Source of the DNA: Podarcis vaucheri
Taxonomy: Eukaryota
Strand: one strand, 5' to 3'
Assembly (NCBI GenBank): GCA_965113315.1
Contig: OZ220370.1
Length of the DNA: 64,000 bases
Shown here: piece after piece, positions 40,475 through 51,862 of the stretch
Layout: every line of letters starts with the position of its first letter
Position numbering within the stretch: position 1 is the stretch's first letter
Made by a program: the position numbers and the translations under genes
Notes under the pieces: model-generated
What the model saw: the letters and a program-made list of their open reading frames with translations, nothing else
Databases searched by the model: none
Told to the model about the DNA's origin: nothing

Positions 40475-43030
40475 TATATATATATCTCCAACCTTTCAAA
40501 AAACAAACAAAGGTATTTACAGATACATGGTCAAAATGGAGACCATTTTGGACAACATGGGAGTTAACATTTAATAATTCCCAAATACTCTGCACAAGGA
40601 GAGGGAGGGAGGGATCATTCTCAGACATGTCACTTGTTTGGACCACCCTGGAACATCCATAGGCAATAAGGAATTCCATGTCAGCAGGTGAGTAAGATGG
40701 CGGATGAGGGATGAAGCAATCTGTCCCCTACTCTGCTTGCCCACTTTCTTTCTGTGCTGGATGGAGAAGGCAGTATGCGCTGCCCTCTGCAGCCAACACA
40801 AAACCATGTTGGCTGGTGAAGGAGGAATGGAGAGAAGGCTTTGTTTCTTACTGATCTGCCTAACAAGCAGCTTAGCAGAATCGCATTTCCTCTCCACAGG
40901 CTAGTAAGATACCTGGCCTTATATACAAGCCTGCATTAGAAAACGTATGCTTCGATGAAAAGGTGTTCTAGAAATACATGCTAGATTCGGAATAACCTAG
41001 TTTTTATTTTAGGATCTTGAGAAATGCAGCAAAACCAGCCTGCATATAGTATGCTACACTAAGATGAATGTTGTCAAAAGGTTCATGTGGATACTTTTCA
41101 GCCCCATTAAGGCACAAGTGAGCCATCTGTGGGCCACATCCTATGTGCCACACCACAAGCTTGAGAGGAGAGAGAAAACATGTATCCTATCTACTTATTG
41201 CTTTGGTCAGTCCATTGACCCATTATGCAGCCCCTCACTACCCCCCAAGGTAATGTGGTCCTTCATCCCAAAACTGATGCCTAGTCCTCCGTTAAATAGT
41301 GATGATTTCCCAAAATGCTCCCCAGGTAGTCTTGCCATCCAGGCATCAACAAGACCTGCTTAAATAAGTTAACGCTTCATGTGCTTTCCAACTACACCTA
41401 GTCCCAGTGGTGTGATAACTAACCAATCATGTAAATGACGGGGGCAAATATTAATTGTATAGGTACTATGGATATACGACTGAATTATCTCTTGACCTGC
41501 CCTGCTTGCGAACGTTTTGCTGAGGGTTGGCAACAGAAAGCTGGACAAGAGGGTAACCTCTGGCCCTCCAGAAGTTGCTGGATTACAATTCCCGTCATCT
41601 CTGACCACTGGTCATTCTGGCTCTGACTGATGGGAATCGAATCCAACAACGTATGGAGGGCAGCAGGCTCTCCCCCACCCTTCCCCCGAGACAAACCTTT
41701 GATCTGATCAAGTCAATTCCTTGGTGTGTTTTTTTATTTTAAAAAAATCCAGTTCGTATGCAATTGGGGGCAAGGGAAATAAATGTGCAGACTGCCTGGG
41801 GGAAATTGTCTACATCTTTTATGTTTGAGTGTATGCAAATTTACAAAACCATAGATTGTTAAAAGGAAGAAATTGCCAGGAGCAAAGCTCTGTTTTGTTG
41901 TTTTCCTTTTCTCCCCTTCAACCATGCATGTCTCTTCCCTTTCCTGTTTCTTAATTGGCTTTTTAAACCTTCTTTACTGTTCTATGTCCTGTGCGCCAGC
42001 TTTATTGGATCTTAGTGTGAGATAAAGATTGTGGCCCAAGCTATTCAATTCTCCTTTTGAGCATGTGAAGCCAGAACTCTCTAGAAGGGACTTGGAAGTA
42101 TCTCAGCTTCAAATTCTTGCCATTAATAAATCTGCTATTATCCAATTCCATCTTCCTTGTAAATTTCACATATCTACAAGCCAAAGCAAGGCTCCATATA
42201 TTTAAGCATTTTGTATTTTGCACCACAGCACCAGCCATCTTCTGCATAACCAGAGTTTGCTAGTAACACAAGAGGCATATACGAATGGTATGTTTTTCTT
42301 GTTTGCTCTTCCTGTCCCCCTGGGCCCTTCACAGGGCTGCCTCTCAAAGACTGCAGTAGATCTCTAGAGCCTTTCCATACTCCTGATAATAAGTGAAGTA
42401 AGCTGCGTTACAGGTAGCAATTCATGTGAATCACTACTGGAGCATTCTGAAATTATAAACATTAAGCGTGTACCAGAATTGGTATCTCTCACACACAAAC
42501 TTAAGGGAAAGATCCAACCAAAATTAAACATGTGCTAAAATGTCTCCCAACTTTAGTTGCAACAATCCCTATGTTTTGGTGAGTAAAAATTAGTTTATCT
42601 TCACCTTGAATAATTTGAAGGTCTTTAAAAAGGTATGAGCTCCTTCCATGGGGCTGATCAACCCAAGAGCAGGCGCCACCATTTGCAATTGTGTGTACGA
42701 AGCCACACACACCCCTTAGAAAAAGAGAGAGACTCCCACAAACTTTTCATGGCAGCCTACCTTCCCCGCAATTTTATGTTGTCTGCAAAAATCAATCCAA
42801 GGAGAGGAGACAACATCACCAATGTGATGAAGTTTAAAGAGCTTTTGTCTATTGAAAGCATTTTTTATATACCTCTGTAATTACAGGACTATAAGATGCT
42901 GCCATCTCCATAAAAACAAGAAATAGGACCATTAACCAAAGTTTAATCCACCATAGGTTATGATGCCAGGAACGTATGTCAGGCCTGAGAACTCCTCCCC
43001 TAAAGGAGTTTACAGTAAAGATTCTGACTT

Positions 43031-43032
<2 letters not shown>

Positions 43033-43081
<49 letters not shown>

Positions 43082-43320
43082 TTTATTTATGCCCTGCCCA
43101 TCTGGGTGGTTTTCCTCAGCCATTCTGGATGGCTCCCAACAGAGGACTAAAAACAGAATAAAACTTCAAACATTAAAAACTTCCCTAAACAGGGCTGCCT
43201 TCAGATGTCTTCTAAAAGTCAGATAGTTGTTTATGTCGTTGACATTGATGGGATGGGCGCCACTACCGAGAAGGCCCTCTGCCTGGTTCCCCTGTAACCT
43301 CACCTTGCAGTGAGGGAACC
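43033..43320 (-). mobile_element. L2-type LINE 3' end with (TAT)n tail; microsatellite 43033-43080
   Basis: Minus strand reads RAFSVVAP (L2 ORF2 C-terminal motif), then 3' UTR, then (TAT)n. Confidence 0.75.
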
Positions 43321-43821
43321 CGAGTTCTTTGTTGCATATGAAGCAGGGAACTCTAGCTTAATATTGGTAAACTAGAACAGTACATTGGGATGTAACCTAG
43401 CTTATTTTCCTGGCTTCTTAACCAATGGTAAGCCAGAGTTCCTTCTGCTTTGACATAACAGGAACCCTTAGCTTAATACAAGCCAATGTGTGCCAAAGCT
43501 GGTGCAAGTGAGTGAGAGGCGAGGGCGGTGAGAGAAGAGTGCTTTGGGCCCAGTGTGCTTTCCTCATTTTATAAACCATGGTTTATGGAGCTCTGCAAGA
43601 TTGTCCAAACTGGGTCACATTGTGAACTAGGCATGCAAAGTCCAAAGGAGAAGAAAAAAAAACATTTTCAGGATTTTTAAAGCACTGAGGAAAACAGGAT
43701 GGCTGCATAAATCCTTTCAAATCATGAACAATACCATCAGGTATTTAGCTGAGGACATTTTTTACTGCTGTTAGTTTTAAACACACATCACTGTTACCAA
43801 GTTACATTTTAATATCAATAC

Positions 43822-43948
43822 CTGCTTGTTGTTTTTCTTCTCTTCTGTGTTCTTCTTGTCATTCTTTTTGTAAGCTTCAAATGTTGCAAGATCAACACTA
43901 TACAAACACTCAGTCCATTTTCCATAGAGTGCACAAAGTTTCTTTTTG
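43822..43948 (-). CDS. OSBPL1A: OSBPL1A coding exon
   Basis: (S)KKKLCALYGKWTECLYSVDLATFEAYKKNDKKNTEEKKNNKQ |gtattg. Confidence 0.95.
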
Positions 43949-44742
43949 CTGTCAAAGAGCCCCCCCACAAAACAAACAAATTAAGGAACAGCAGAAGTAC
44001 TGACTTATTATAATATTCAGGTTCACACTCTTAACCACTGGTCTTCAATTGGTTGCTTGGGACTCAATACCGGGTCACGGCATGACCTAAGGTGGGTTGC
44101 AACAGCATCTCTTACCACCATAGAACCAGATGGTAGAAAATTAAGAAATGGGTTCTCAGTGCATGTTTGAGTTTAAAGGTGGGTCCTTGATCTGAAAAGG
44201 CTGAATGAAGACTATGGCTCTAAACAGAAGTTAAGACACAAAATGCTCAACTCACAGAAGCTAATGAACATCTAAGTCAGGTGTAGGGGACATTTTTCAG
44301 AGCCAAAGGAAGCACTATTCTCTCACAAAATTGCATGCCACTGGTGAGCAGGGACAGAGACAAAAGAAGGAAACACAAAGAATGTGACTCTTGCCTTTGT
44401 ACAGTGAGCTGCATTCTAACGATGCAGAAGTCAGAGGTTCATACACAAGTCTCTCTCCATCCAGGCAGGCAAGGGGCTTTATCACAGTTAAGACCACGTT
44501 CTAGCCAGCCCAAAGCACTCAAGGAAATGGGAGCAGGGCCAGTGAGGGGTGTGACCTGAACAAACGCCTGAGGACAAGAGAGGTAGCCTAGAGGGCCAAA
44601 TCTGCCCCCTGGGGCCTGAGGCTTCTCATCCCTAGTTATGCAACATAATTTAGGCTAATAGCATTTCAGCATTTTTGTAAAAAAAATAAAAATAAATCAT
44701 CTGCCATCTGCTTTAGAAATATAAGCAGAGAGGCTTGCTTAC

Positions 44743-44832
44743 CTTTTATCCTGAATGTAACCTTCCACTTTGTGCAACTCCTTCCCAAAAAGGCCACAGG
44801 GCTTGAAGTTTAACATGCATTTTTCACCAGTT
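44743..44832 (-). CDS. OSBPL1A: OSBPL1A coding exon
   Basis: (K)TGEKCMLNFKPCGLFGKELHKVEGYIQDK(S) |gtaagc. Confidence 0.95.
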
Positions 44833-45286
44833 CTGTGGGGGCAGAAAATTTAATTTAGCTCTCATAATTTACACTTTCACATCAAATACTGGCTAAGCCA
44901 TTTAAAGTACTTCAAGCATGCAAGCTCTGGCTCCTGTAGCGTTCAGCATAATATATGTACTATATCTGCCCTGGGTTTATGAGCTTTACTACTAGGGAGA
45001 TATTTTGAAAGCGTTAAAGGAAAAAAGAAGCCCTGATCTAATATAAATTAAATACACTGGATCTCTGACCACTGAAAGAGTAACATAATATTCCCTGACA
45101 CACTCTCTCTCCAGGAACATTTTGGATCTGAGTGATGCAGAGCAGTGCTATTCATGTTGCCTGACAACACCGATTATGCTTTTAATGTTTTCTTATGCAT
45201 TGGAATTAAGAGTGCATTTTATATCTGTTACAGTATGAGCATGCCACACTTTCAAGCTAAGTAGCAAGTTAAGACTTCCAGCTTAC

Positions 45287-45394
45287 TTGTGATTGGTTAT
45301 TTCCATATTCCCATACTGCTCAATCCAAAGTTTGCCCACAATAATGTTATGCACACAGCATGTAGGGTTTGTCCATGTGTATGCTTCATTATGT
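45287..45394 (-). CDS. OSBPL1A: OSBPL1A coding exon
   Basis: (E)HNEAYTWTNPTCCVHNIIVGKLWIEQYGNMEITNH(K) |gtaagc. Confidence 0.95.
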
Positions 45395-46087
45395 CTGAAA
45401 GGGAGCAAAGAGAATAAGCTTAGATTCACAAAACAAAAGTCATCAGAACATGCCTTTAGGTCAAAATCTTTCACGGTGCAAGGAAGCGTAAGCTGATGAT
45501 TACTTTTCGCTCTCACAATTTTGTAGGCTTTAGCAAATCTTGGCCAGTCAGTCCTACCTTAACTCTCTCCCCAACTCCTGGCCAGATGAATCTAGGTTTC
45601 AGGCATGAACCATGAAAGTCTCCTATCCTAAATTGACTTGGAAATCTCTCAAACACATTTAAGACAATCCCAGACTAGCCAACCCTTCTGCACAGGTTTC
45701 AAAGACAGGGACTTCAGCAGCTGACCTTGCCTAAGCTCAGTCAAATACCATACTTACAGATGTAGCTCAGTCCATCTGAACTATGACAAGGAAAGAGCTC
45801 TGCCCACATCAGATGGGCACACCCATCCTCTGGTTCTCAAAGCTCTGACAGCCAGACATGTGCAGTTTGCCTTCCATCCTTTTACTTATATACCATGCCT
45901 GATTGGTTTCATCTCTACAAATGGGGAGGGAGTGTTCAGGTTTAAGGATAGAACAGTAGCTCCCCAAATTTTTTCCCCCCACAGACCACTTGAAAATTGG
46001 TGAGCGTCTTGGCTGAGCACTTAATGATTTTTCCATCTGTCTTAGCAATTGTAATGCTTTAGTAAGGATGCCGTATAATTTTCTAAT

Positions 46088-46205
46088 TGTATTTGCATTG
46101 TTTTTTTATTTCCTGTATATTGTATTTGATTGTAATCTATAGCATTTAAATTGTAATACAATCAAATACAATATACAGGAAATTTTAAAAAACAATGCAA
46201 ATACA
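46088..46205. repeat. Near-perfect AT-rich inverted repeat (arms about 47 bp, loop 22 nt)
   Basis: tgtatttgcattgtttttttatttcctgtatattgtatttgattgta ... tacaatcaaatacaatatacaggaaattttaaaaaacaatgcaaataca. Confidence 0.9.
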
Positions 46206-46383
46206 GTTAAAAATCAGCATTTAACATGATGGGTATGCTGTCTCCCAAGTTCACCAACACAACACAGACCACCTGAACGACCACAGTGTGGGAACCCCCA
46301 GTATACATTATACAACACTGCAGTTTACATGCCACTTGCTTTTTGTCTAAGGCAGCCAAAAGGTATCAAACAGATCAACTTAC

Positions 46384-46566
46384 TCAAGAAGTTTCAAAGT
46401 TATTATCCCTTTGGGTTCTGCTTCAACACTCTTTCCCCAGAACTTTAGTTTAGGATAAATAGAACCATGAAACACAAAGTCATTGCTCAGTCCTTCAGCA
46501 TAAAAAGCACTGATTGGTGGGTGATGACTAACTTGCTCCGAAATGAGTCTGAATCCAAGGTCCTCT
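46384..46566 (-). CDS. OSBPL1A: OSBPL1A coding exon with the OSBP signature EQVSHHPP
   Basis: (R)EDLGFRLISEQVSHHPPISAFYAEGLSNDFVFHGSIYPKLKFWGKSVEAEPKGIITLKLL(E). Confidence 0.97.
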
Positions 46567-46753
46567 CTAAACATGGAAAGAAAGTGACAGTTGAGTGATA
46601 TTTGCAGTTTCTCTACAAAAGGGGATAAAATGAGGCATTGCCGCATCAGCTTTGTACATTAAAAAAGAATCAATGAACAAAATCTTAAATATCTGACATT
46701 AACTTTCAATTCTCAATGAGGCAGCCAGTTAAACTGTACTGTAAGTTTGTTAC

Positions 46754-46851
46754 CTGACCAGTTCATACGTCTCTCCAAGTAATGGGTTGAATGGCTTTCC
46801 TGTACGTTCCCACTGAGAGGCAACAGCTGAGACAGCAAAGGCAGCTACACA
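46754..46851 (-). CDS. OSBPL1A: OSBPL1A coding exon
   Basis: [32 protein letters not shown](R); ORD motif [11 protein letters not shown]. Confidence 0.97.
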
Positions 46852-47241
46852 CTGTTGAAAAAGCAGTTTGAACTTATATTTATGTTTGTTTAAAGCAGAA
46901 AATCTTACCAATTATTTTGTGTGGGGGTTTTTAAAGCACTAACTCTCAGAAAGAGGTAAGCATTCAAGTAGTTAAGTATCATGAAAACACGTAACAAGGA
47001 AAAAGTCAATTACAACCACCACTTTAAAAATAGAAAAACCAAAGAGTTAAGCAGTACTGCTTAATGCCAACCTAACAGCTCTGATATTCAATAGCTGGAG
47101 GCAAAATTACTTTTATTTCATGCACAACAATGTTCACAACAGTGTTTCAGATGTAATAATAAGCAGCTCTCTTTATCTACCTGCGTGAAACAGTATGCAA
47201 CATTCAGAGAACACGAGATGCATTTATTTTGAGTAGAGTAC

Positions 47242-47376
47242 CTGCATTCGTTCAACCGGGTCCAAAAGCGAACTGGCCTTATGAATTAAGTATGTATGCT
47301 CCATATATTCTGTCAGTCGCTGTAGGAAACTCAGCGGCTCGTTAAAAATTACTGGCATAGTGATCTTCGACAGCTC
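47242..47376 (-). CDS. OSBPL1A: OSBPL1A coding exon
   Basis: ELSKITMPVIFNEPLSFLQRLTEYMEHTYLIHKASSLLDPVERMQ |gtactc. Confidence 0.96.
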
Positions 47377-47559
47377 CTAGCAGAGTGTTAAAAGCATTTA
47401 TTAAAAATGTTTACATATACTACTGCGCCTTGCCAACATTATGGCTGGTATATGTCTTATCATAAAATACAGCTGGTACATATTGGGGAAGGTAGAGGGT
47501 GATATGAAAGGAATGTGGGGGGCAGGAACACTGCCTCCCTTTTAAACAAGAGCCCGTAC

Positions 47560-47700
47560 AGCATGCAGCGGGTAGAGTACTGAAGTTGTATCAGGGAAAC
47601 CTGGTTTCAAATTTCCACTAAGCCATGAAACTCACAAAACAATTCCAAGTCCCTCGCTCACTCTAATCTACATCACAGGGTGGTTGCGATGATAAAATGG
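47560..47700 (+). mobile_element. Degenerate MIR-like tRNA-derived SINE
   Basis: A/B-box-like gggtagagt...ggtttcaaatttccc and core ctacatcacagggtggttgcgatgataaaatg; boundaries approximate. Confidence 0.5.
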
Positions 47701-48258
47701 GCAAGGAAAAGGACCACCCGAAGCTTGAGAATATTACTAAAACACAAATCATGAAAAGAGTTGAAAGAAGGCTGATTTACAGTCAGCTGAAATAACACTT
47801 AGAAGGCATTAATGCAAAAGGGCCGGTATTAATTAAGCTGTAATTATTTTATTGTTAATTATTAATTACAATATTAATTATTAATTACAGCATTAATTTA
47901 TAAAGTACCTAACAGGCACTGTATAAGAAATAAAAAACCTAACAAGCTTTACCTGCAGGCTACAAACCAGAATTGATTCCCCCAACTTAGCTTCTTCCAG
48001 ATGTTTTGGACAAGAACTTGCATCATCCCTGACCATTGCTCATGCTGGCTGCAGCTGATAAAAGCTTGCCACACTTTTGTGACATTTGATTTTATATAAG
48101 ACACACACCCATTTACTTCCGAAATGCATGCATACATCAGTCAGTCCTTAATTCTTTTATTCAAAAGCCGGTTTGGGGGGATATGATCAATAATCTATTG
48201 CTACACATTTACTATAAAGACTATGATTAAGCTTTTTATTCGAAGCTATGTTTCACCT

Positions 48259-48622
48259 GGGACGCGGGTGGCGCTGTGGGTAAAAGCCTCAGCGCCTAGG
48301 GCTTGCCGATCGAAAGGTCGGCGGTTCGAATCCCCGCGGCGGGGTGCGCTCCCGCTGCTCGGTCCCAGCGCCTGCCAACCTAGCAGTTCGAAAGCACCCC
48401 CGGGGGCAAGTAGATAAATAGGTACCGCTTACCAGCGGGAAGGTAAACGGCGTTCCGTGTGCGGCTCTGGCTCGCCAGAGCAGCGTTGTCACGCTGGCCA
48501 CGTGACCCGGAAGTGTCTCCGGACAACGCTGGCCCCCGGCCAATAGATGTGAGATGGGCGCACAAACCCCAGAGTCTGTCAAGACTGGCCCGTTCGGGCA
48601 GGGGTACCTTTACCTTTACCTT
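48259..48622 (+). mobile_element. Full-length, young Sauria SINE with 12-bp target-site duplication
   Basis: Starts gggacgcgggtggcgctgtgg (A-box), B-box ggttcgaatccc, CpGs intact, (ACCTTT)3 tail; TSD TATGTTTCACCT at 48247-48258 and 48623-48634. Confidence 0.93.
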
Positions 48623-48636
48623 TATGTTTCACCTAC

Positions 48637-48712
48637 CATTCCAATGCACTTTCTTAAGATGCTCCAAATACTGAAATCATTTCTGGAAAACATTGGAGAA
48701 GGCAAGCTTGTC
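48637..48712 (-). CDS. OSBPL1A: OSBPL1A coding exon (76 nt)
   Basis: catctag| (R)TSLPSPMFSRNDFSIWSILRKCIGM |gtaggt; identical to the recalled human peptide. Confidence 0.95.
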
Positions 48713-51199
48713 CTAGATGGGGGGTGGGGGTGGGGTGGGGGCAAGAGACCAAGTTCATTAGACCTGAATAATATACTTCTAGTTTAAGTATTTGCAGAAT
48801 GAAGAGTGTATGCAATACTGACAGAACAGAAACCTGTCTAACAACAGCCAACTGGTCTCCCAACCCTCAATTTTTCTATTCAAATAGGGCTCATGATACA
48901 TCGCTGATCACAAACCAGTTATGTACCTCAATATAAACCACCCAAATGTGCTGCACAGTAGCAATAAAGATAATGCAACTTTGGTTGGGTAACCAATTCA
49001 GACAAACTGTTTTGTCACACAGGTAGTTGAGAAGATCTGTCCTCAATATAAAAGTATGAATAATTATACTAAATTTGAGTATATGTAAGGCATTGTCATA
49101 CATTTAATTAAGAACTAAATTAGAACTAATTAAGAATTAAGTACTTAAGGTTAAACAGCCCAGTATTCTGTATGAGTAACCACAGCTCAATTTGCAAAAG
49201 CATTTTTTTAAAAAACAGGACTTTAAGAAAAGATGTGCACCTGTGTAAACATATTTCTGAAGCACGAGAGGTGGGTGGGAGGCATCCCACTTAATTCTGG
49301 ACACTTGGTAAAGGCATTAAGTGTGTTAAGGAGCCTACCTTTGGGTGGGGGAAGCCTGTTCCATTTCTTTACTATGCAACTGCTTCCCCTAGTCTCATAC
49401 AATTCAGTTGAGTGATGAAGTTGACTAGATTAGACTAGAAGCTGTCTGTGATCCAGACAAATTCACACCTAAGGAAGACTGTTCTGAACGGTGGGATATT
49501 ATCTGGATGGCTCTCTCTTACTTTGTCCCTGCCCCAAATATACATTAAGCTGTCTTTTTTTTTAAAAAAAGCTCAAAAACCAGTTCTAACAATGCCAAGA
49601 AAGAATGACTTTTCATGGTTGTCATCCAACGTGTTCCCGCAACAATCACGCTAGAATGTAGATGGGTATTGCAGCAGGTGCTAGTCATGCCTCTGTAAGA
49701 ATACCGTGAGAATTATTGCTTGAAGCAAAAAAGCCTACAAAACCAGTTTGACAAGAGCCCATAATGGAACAGGAAAAATGAACATGCATTATCACTGGAA
49801 GTAACTGCTCTACAATGCCACTGTCCAACTCCCTGAAAGATTATCCTTGTACAAAGCCTGTACTACAGCACCTTTCGGCACCAGATGTGTCTTCATTTTG
49901 CCAACAACAGAAAATACAAATGTTTTTACACTTGTATTTTTTATTTTTTTTTTAAATCCCACTACCCACCACAACCACCAGCTTAATTGCAAGTGGTTAG
50001 CTTTTAATCTTACATCTTAATCAAACTCACTAGAAGGGCTATTCACCTATCTCACAGGGGTGTGAGATTAAAGTAAGCAAAAATACCTGGTAACCTGCCA
50101 AAAGCCCTTATGGCAGGAAAACCTAACTGGTATTTATCCAGTTCTAATGGTGCAAAATACATTATTAATTTCTACATCAGGCCAACATAAAGTCAGTGAA
50201 TTCCCCCCCCCCAAAAAAAAGCACAGTTAGCATGCAAGTCAGCATGAAAAATTGAATTTTTTTTAAGGGAACAATTTTAAGCTAGGTGGCCTTTAATATA
50301 CTTGTGCACCAAAGAGATGCTGTCTTTCCAAGCATACCGTAATTTGCTCTTTTTTCAGTCACCAGGCCTGCGGAATCCCAGTCTAAATACGTTCCTTCTT
50401 CCAGTATTAAATAAGTGTGCTCTTTGTTTTTTAAAGTAACACAAAACACAACCCTACATGTGCACTTGCTTCGTGTTATGATTTTCCTCAAAAGAACACC
50501 AAAATGAATAATCTGTATATCACTAAAAACACTTGACATTTTGTAACAGAGTGTTTTACCCTTATAGTAAGAAACACAATTGGAGAAAATTGTTCTTCAC
50601 TTTCCTGAGAACAGTCATCCTGGGAGTACTGTGTTCAATCCTCATGCTATATGGAGACTGTTCAAACTAAAACTCTGCCTGCCACGAACAAAATCCTGTC
50701 CAAGTCTCTGAAAATAGTCCCAATTTCACAGTGTTGCTTCAATCTCATTGAGCCCAATAGGAAGTCAGATGGCAGACTCCTGTCATTGTAAAGTTGTTTT
50801 CTTGGATTTACTACCCATTTTGAGTGTACTTCTCTACTCAACAAACTGTTTCCAAGGATCCAATAAACAGATCCAGCCTGGTGTACTGGACCCCCAGAGT
50901 CTTCCTTCTTTTATTTCCCCTCCTTAGAGGAGACATGTTTTTGTGGCATCCTGGGCCACACATGGTAGGGAGAAGCCAAAAGCTGGGAAATCCGCAAGGT
51001 TGCTTTGAACCTCCCCTTCAGATATTTTTCTGACTCCTATGGCACTTAGTCAGTAGCAAGTGAGCTTCCCTGCTCCGCTAAGCAGGTCAGTCACTCAGCT
51101 CAAAGCCTTAAGAATTTACTCTTGTGAGAATTCACTCCAACACGTAGTGATAGCCACTGACTTTGGTCATTAAACATGGGGAATACATGGCTATTAGCC

Positions 51200-51362
51200 A
51201 CCAGTTGCTAGGAATCACAGGTGACGTGCACACACTGCTGCACTTGGGCCCTGCTTGTGGACTTCCCATAGGCATTTGGTTGGAGACTGTGAGAACAGGA
51301 TGCTGGACTAGATGGGTATCTGTGTCCTGATCCAGTGGGTTTTATTTTGTTTATGTCTTTAG
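51200..51362 (+). mobile_element. Degenerate CR1-type LINE 3' end (a similar copy lies on - at about 27815-28020)
   Basis: gagaacaggatgctggactagatgg...ctgatccag...ttatgtctt terminal motif; boundaries approximate. Confidence 0.5.
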
Positions 51363-51715
51363 CTTCCTTACACAATGCATTCTTTCCCCCTCTCCTCTCT
51401 AATTACGGTATTGCGAGCTTAACCCTATTGCTGAAAATGCTGCCCAGTCAAGAAAGAGGTCAGCAATGTCTTACACTGACAGTATTCTCCTGTATCATGA
51501 ATGAGCAACAGTCTGTCCCTGTCTCTATGTTCTCAAACTACACAGCTCAGTTCCTGCCTGTGTATACCACTAAGGATATGCATGTTCAAATATTAGTGTT
51601 TCATTATTTTGTAGCACAAGAGAAGGCAAGCCCACAGAAAGAGAAAGCAAATGCAGTGGAAAGTTGTCAGAGAAGTTGGTTTTCTGTAACTTTCCATTAA
51701 GATTAATGCTAGATT

Positions 51716-51862
51716 CAGTGGCATAGCGTGGGGGGTGCAGGGGGGGCCGGCCGCACCAGGCGCAACATCTGGGGGTTAGGGTTAGGGGGCGCAAATCCAC
51801 AGGTTAGGGGGCGCGAATTACTTGCCTTGCCCTGGGTGCTGACAACCCACGCTACGCCACTG
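51716..51862. mobile_element. 147-bp hAT-type MITE with 8-bp TSD
   Basis: TIRs cagtggcatagcgtggg / cccacgctacgccactg; TSD GCTAGATT at 51708-51715 and 51863-51870. Confidence 0.9.

Noticed and set aside
48259-48335. tRNA-like A/B boxes
   Set aside because: Head of the Sauria SINE, not a tRNA gene.
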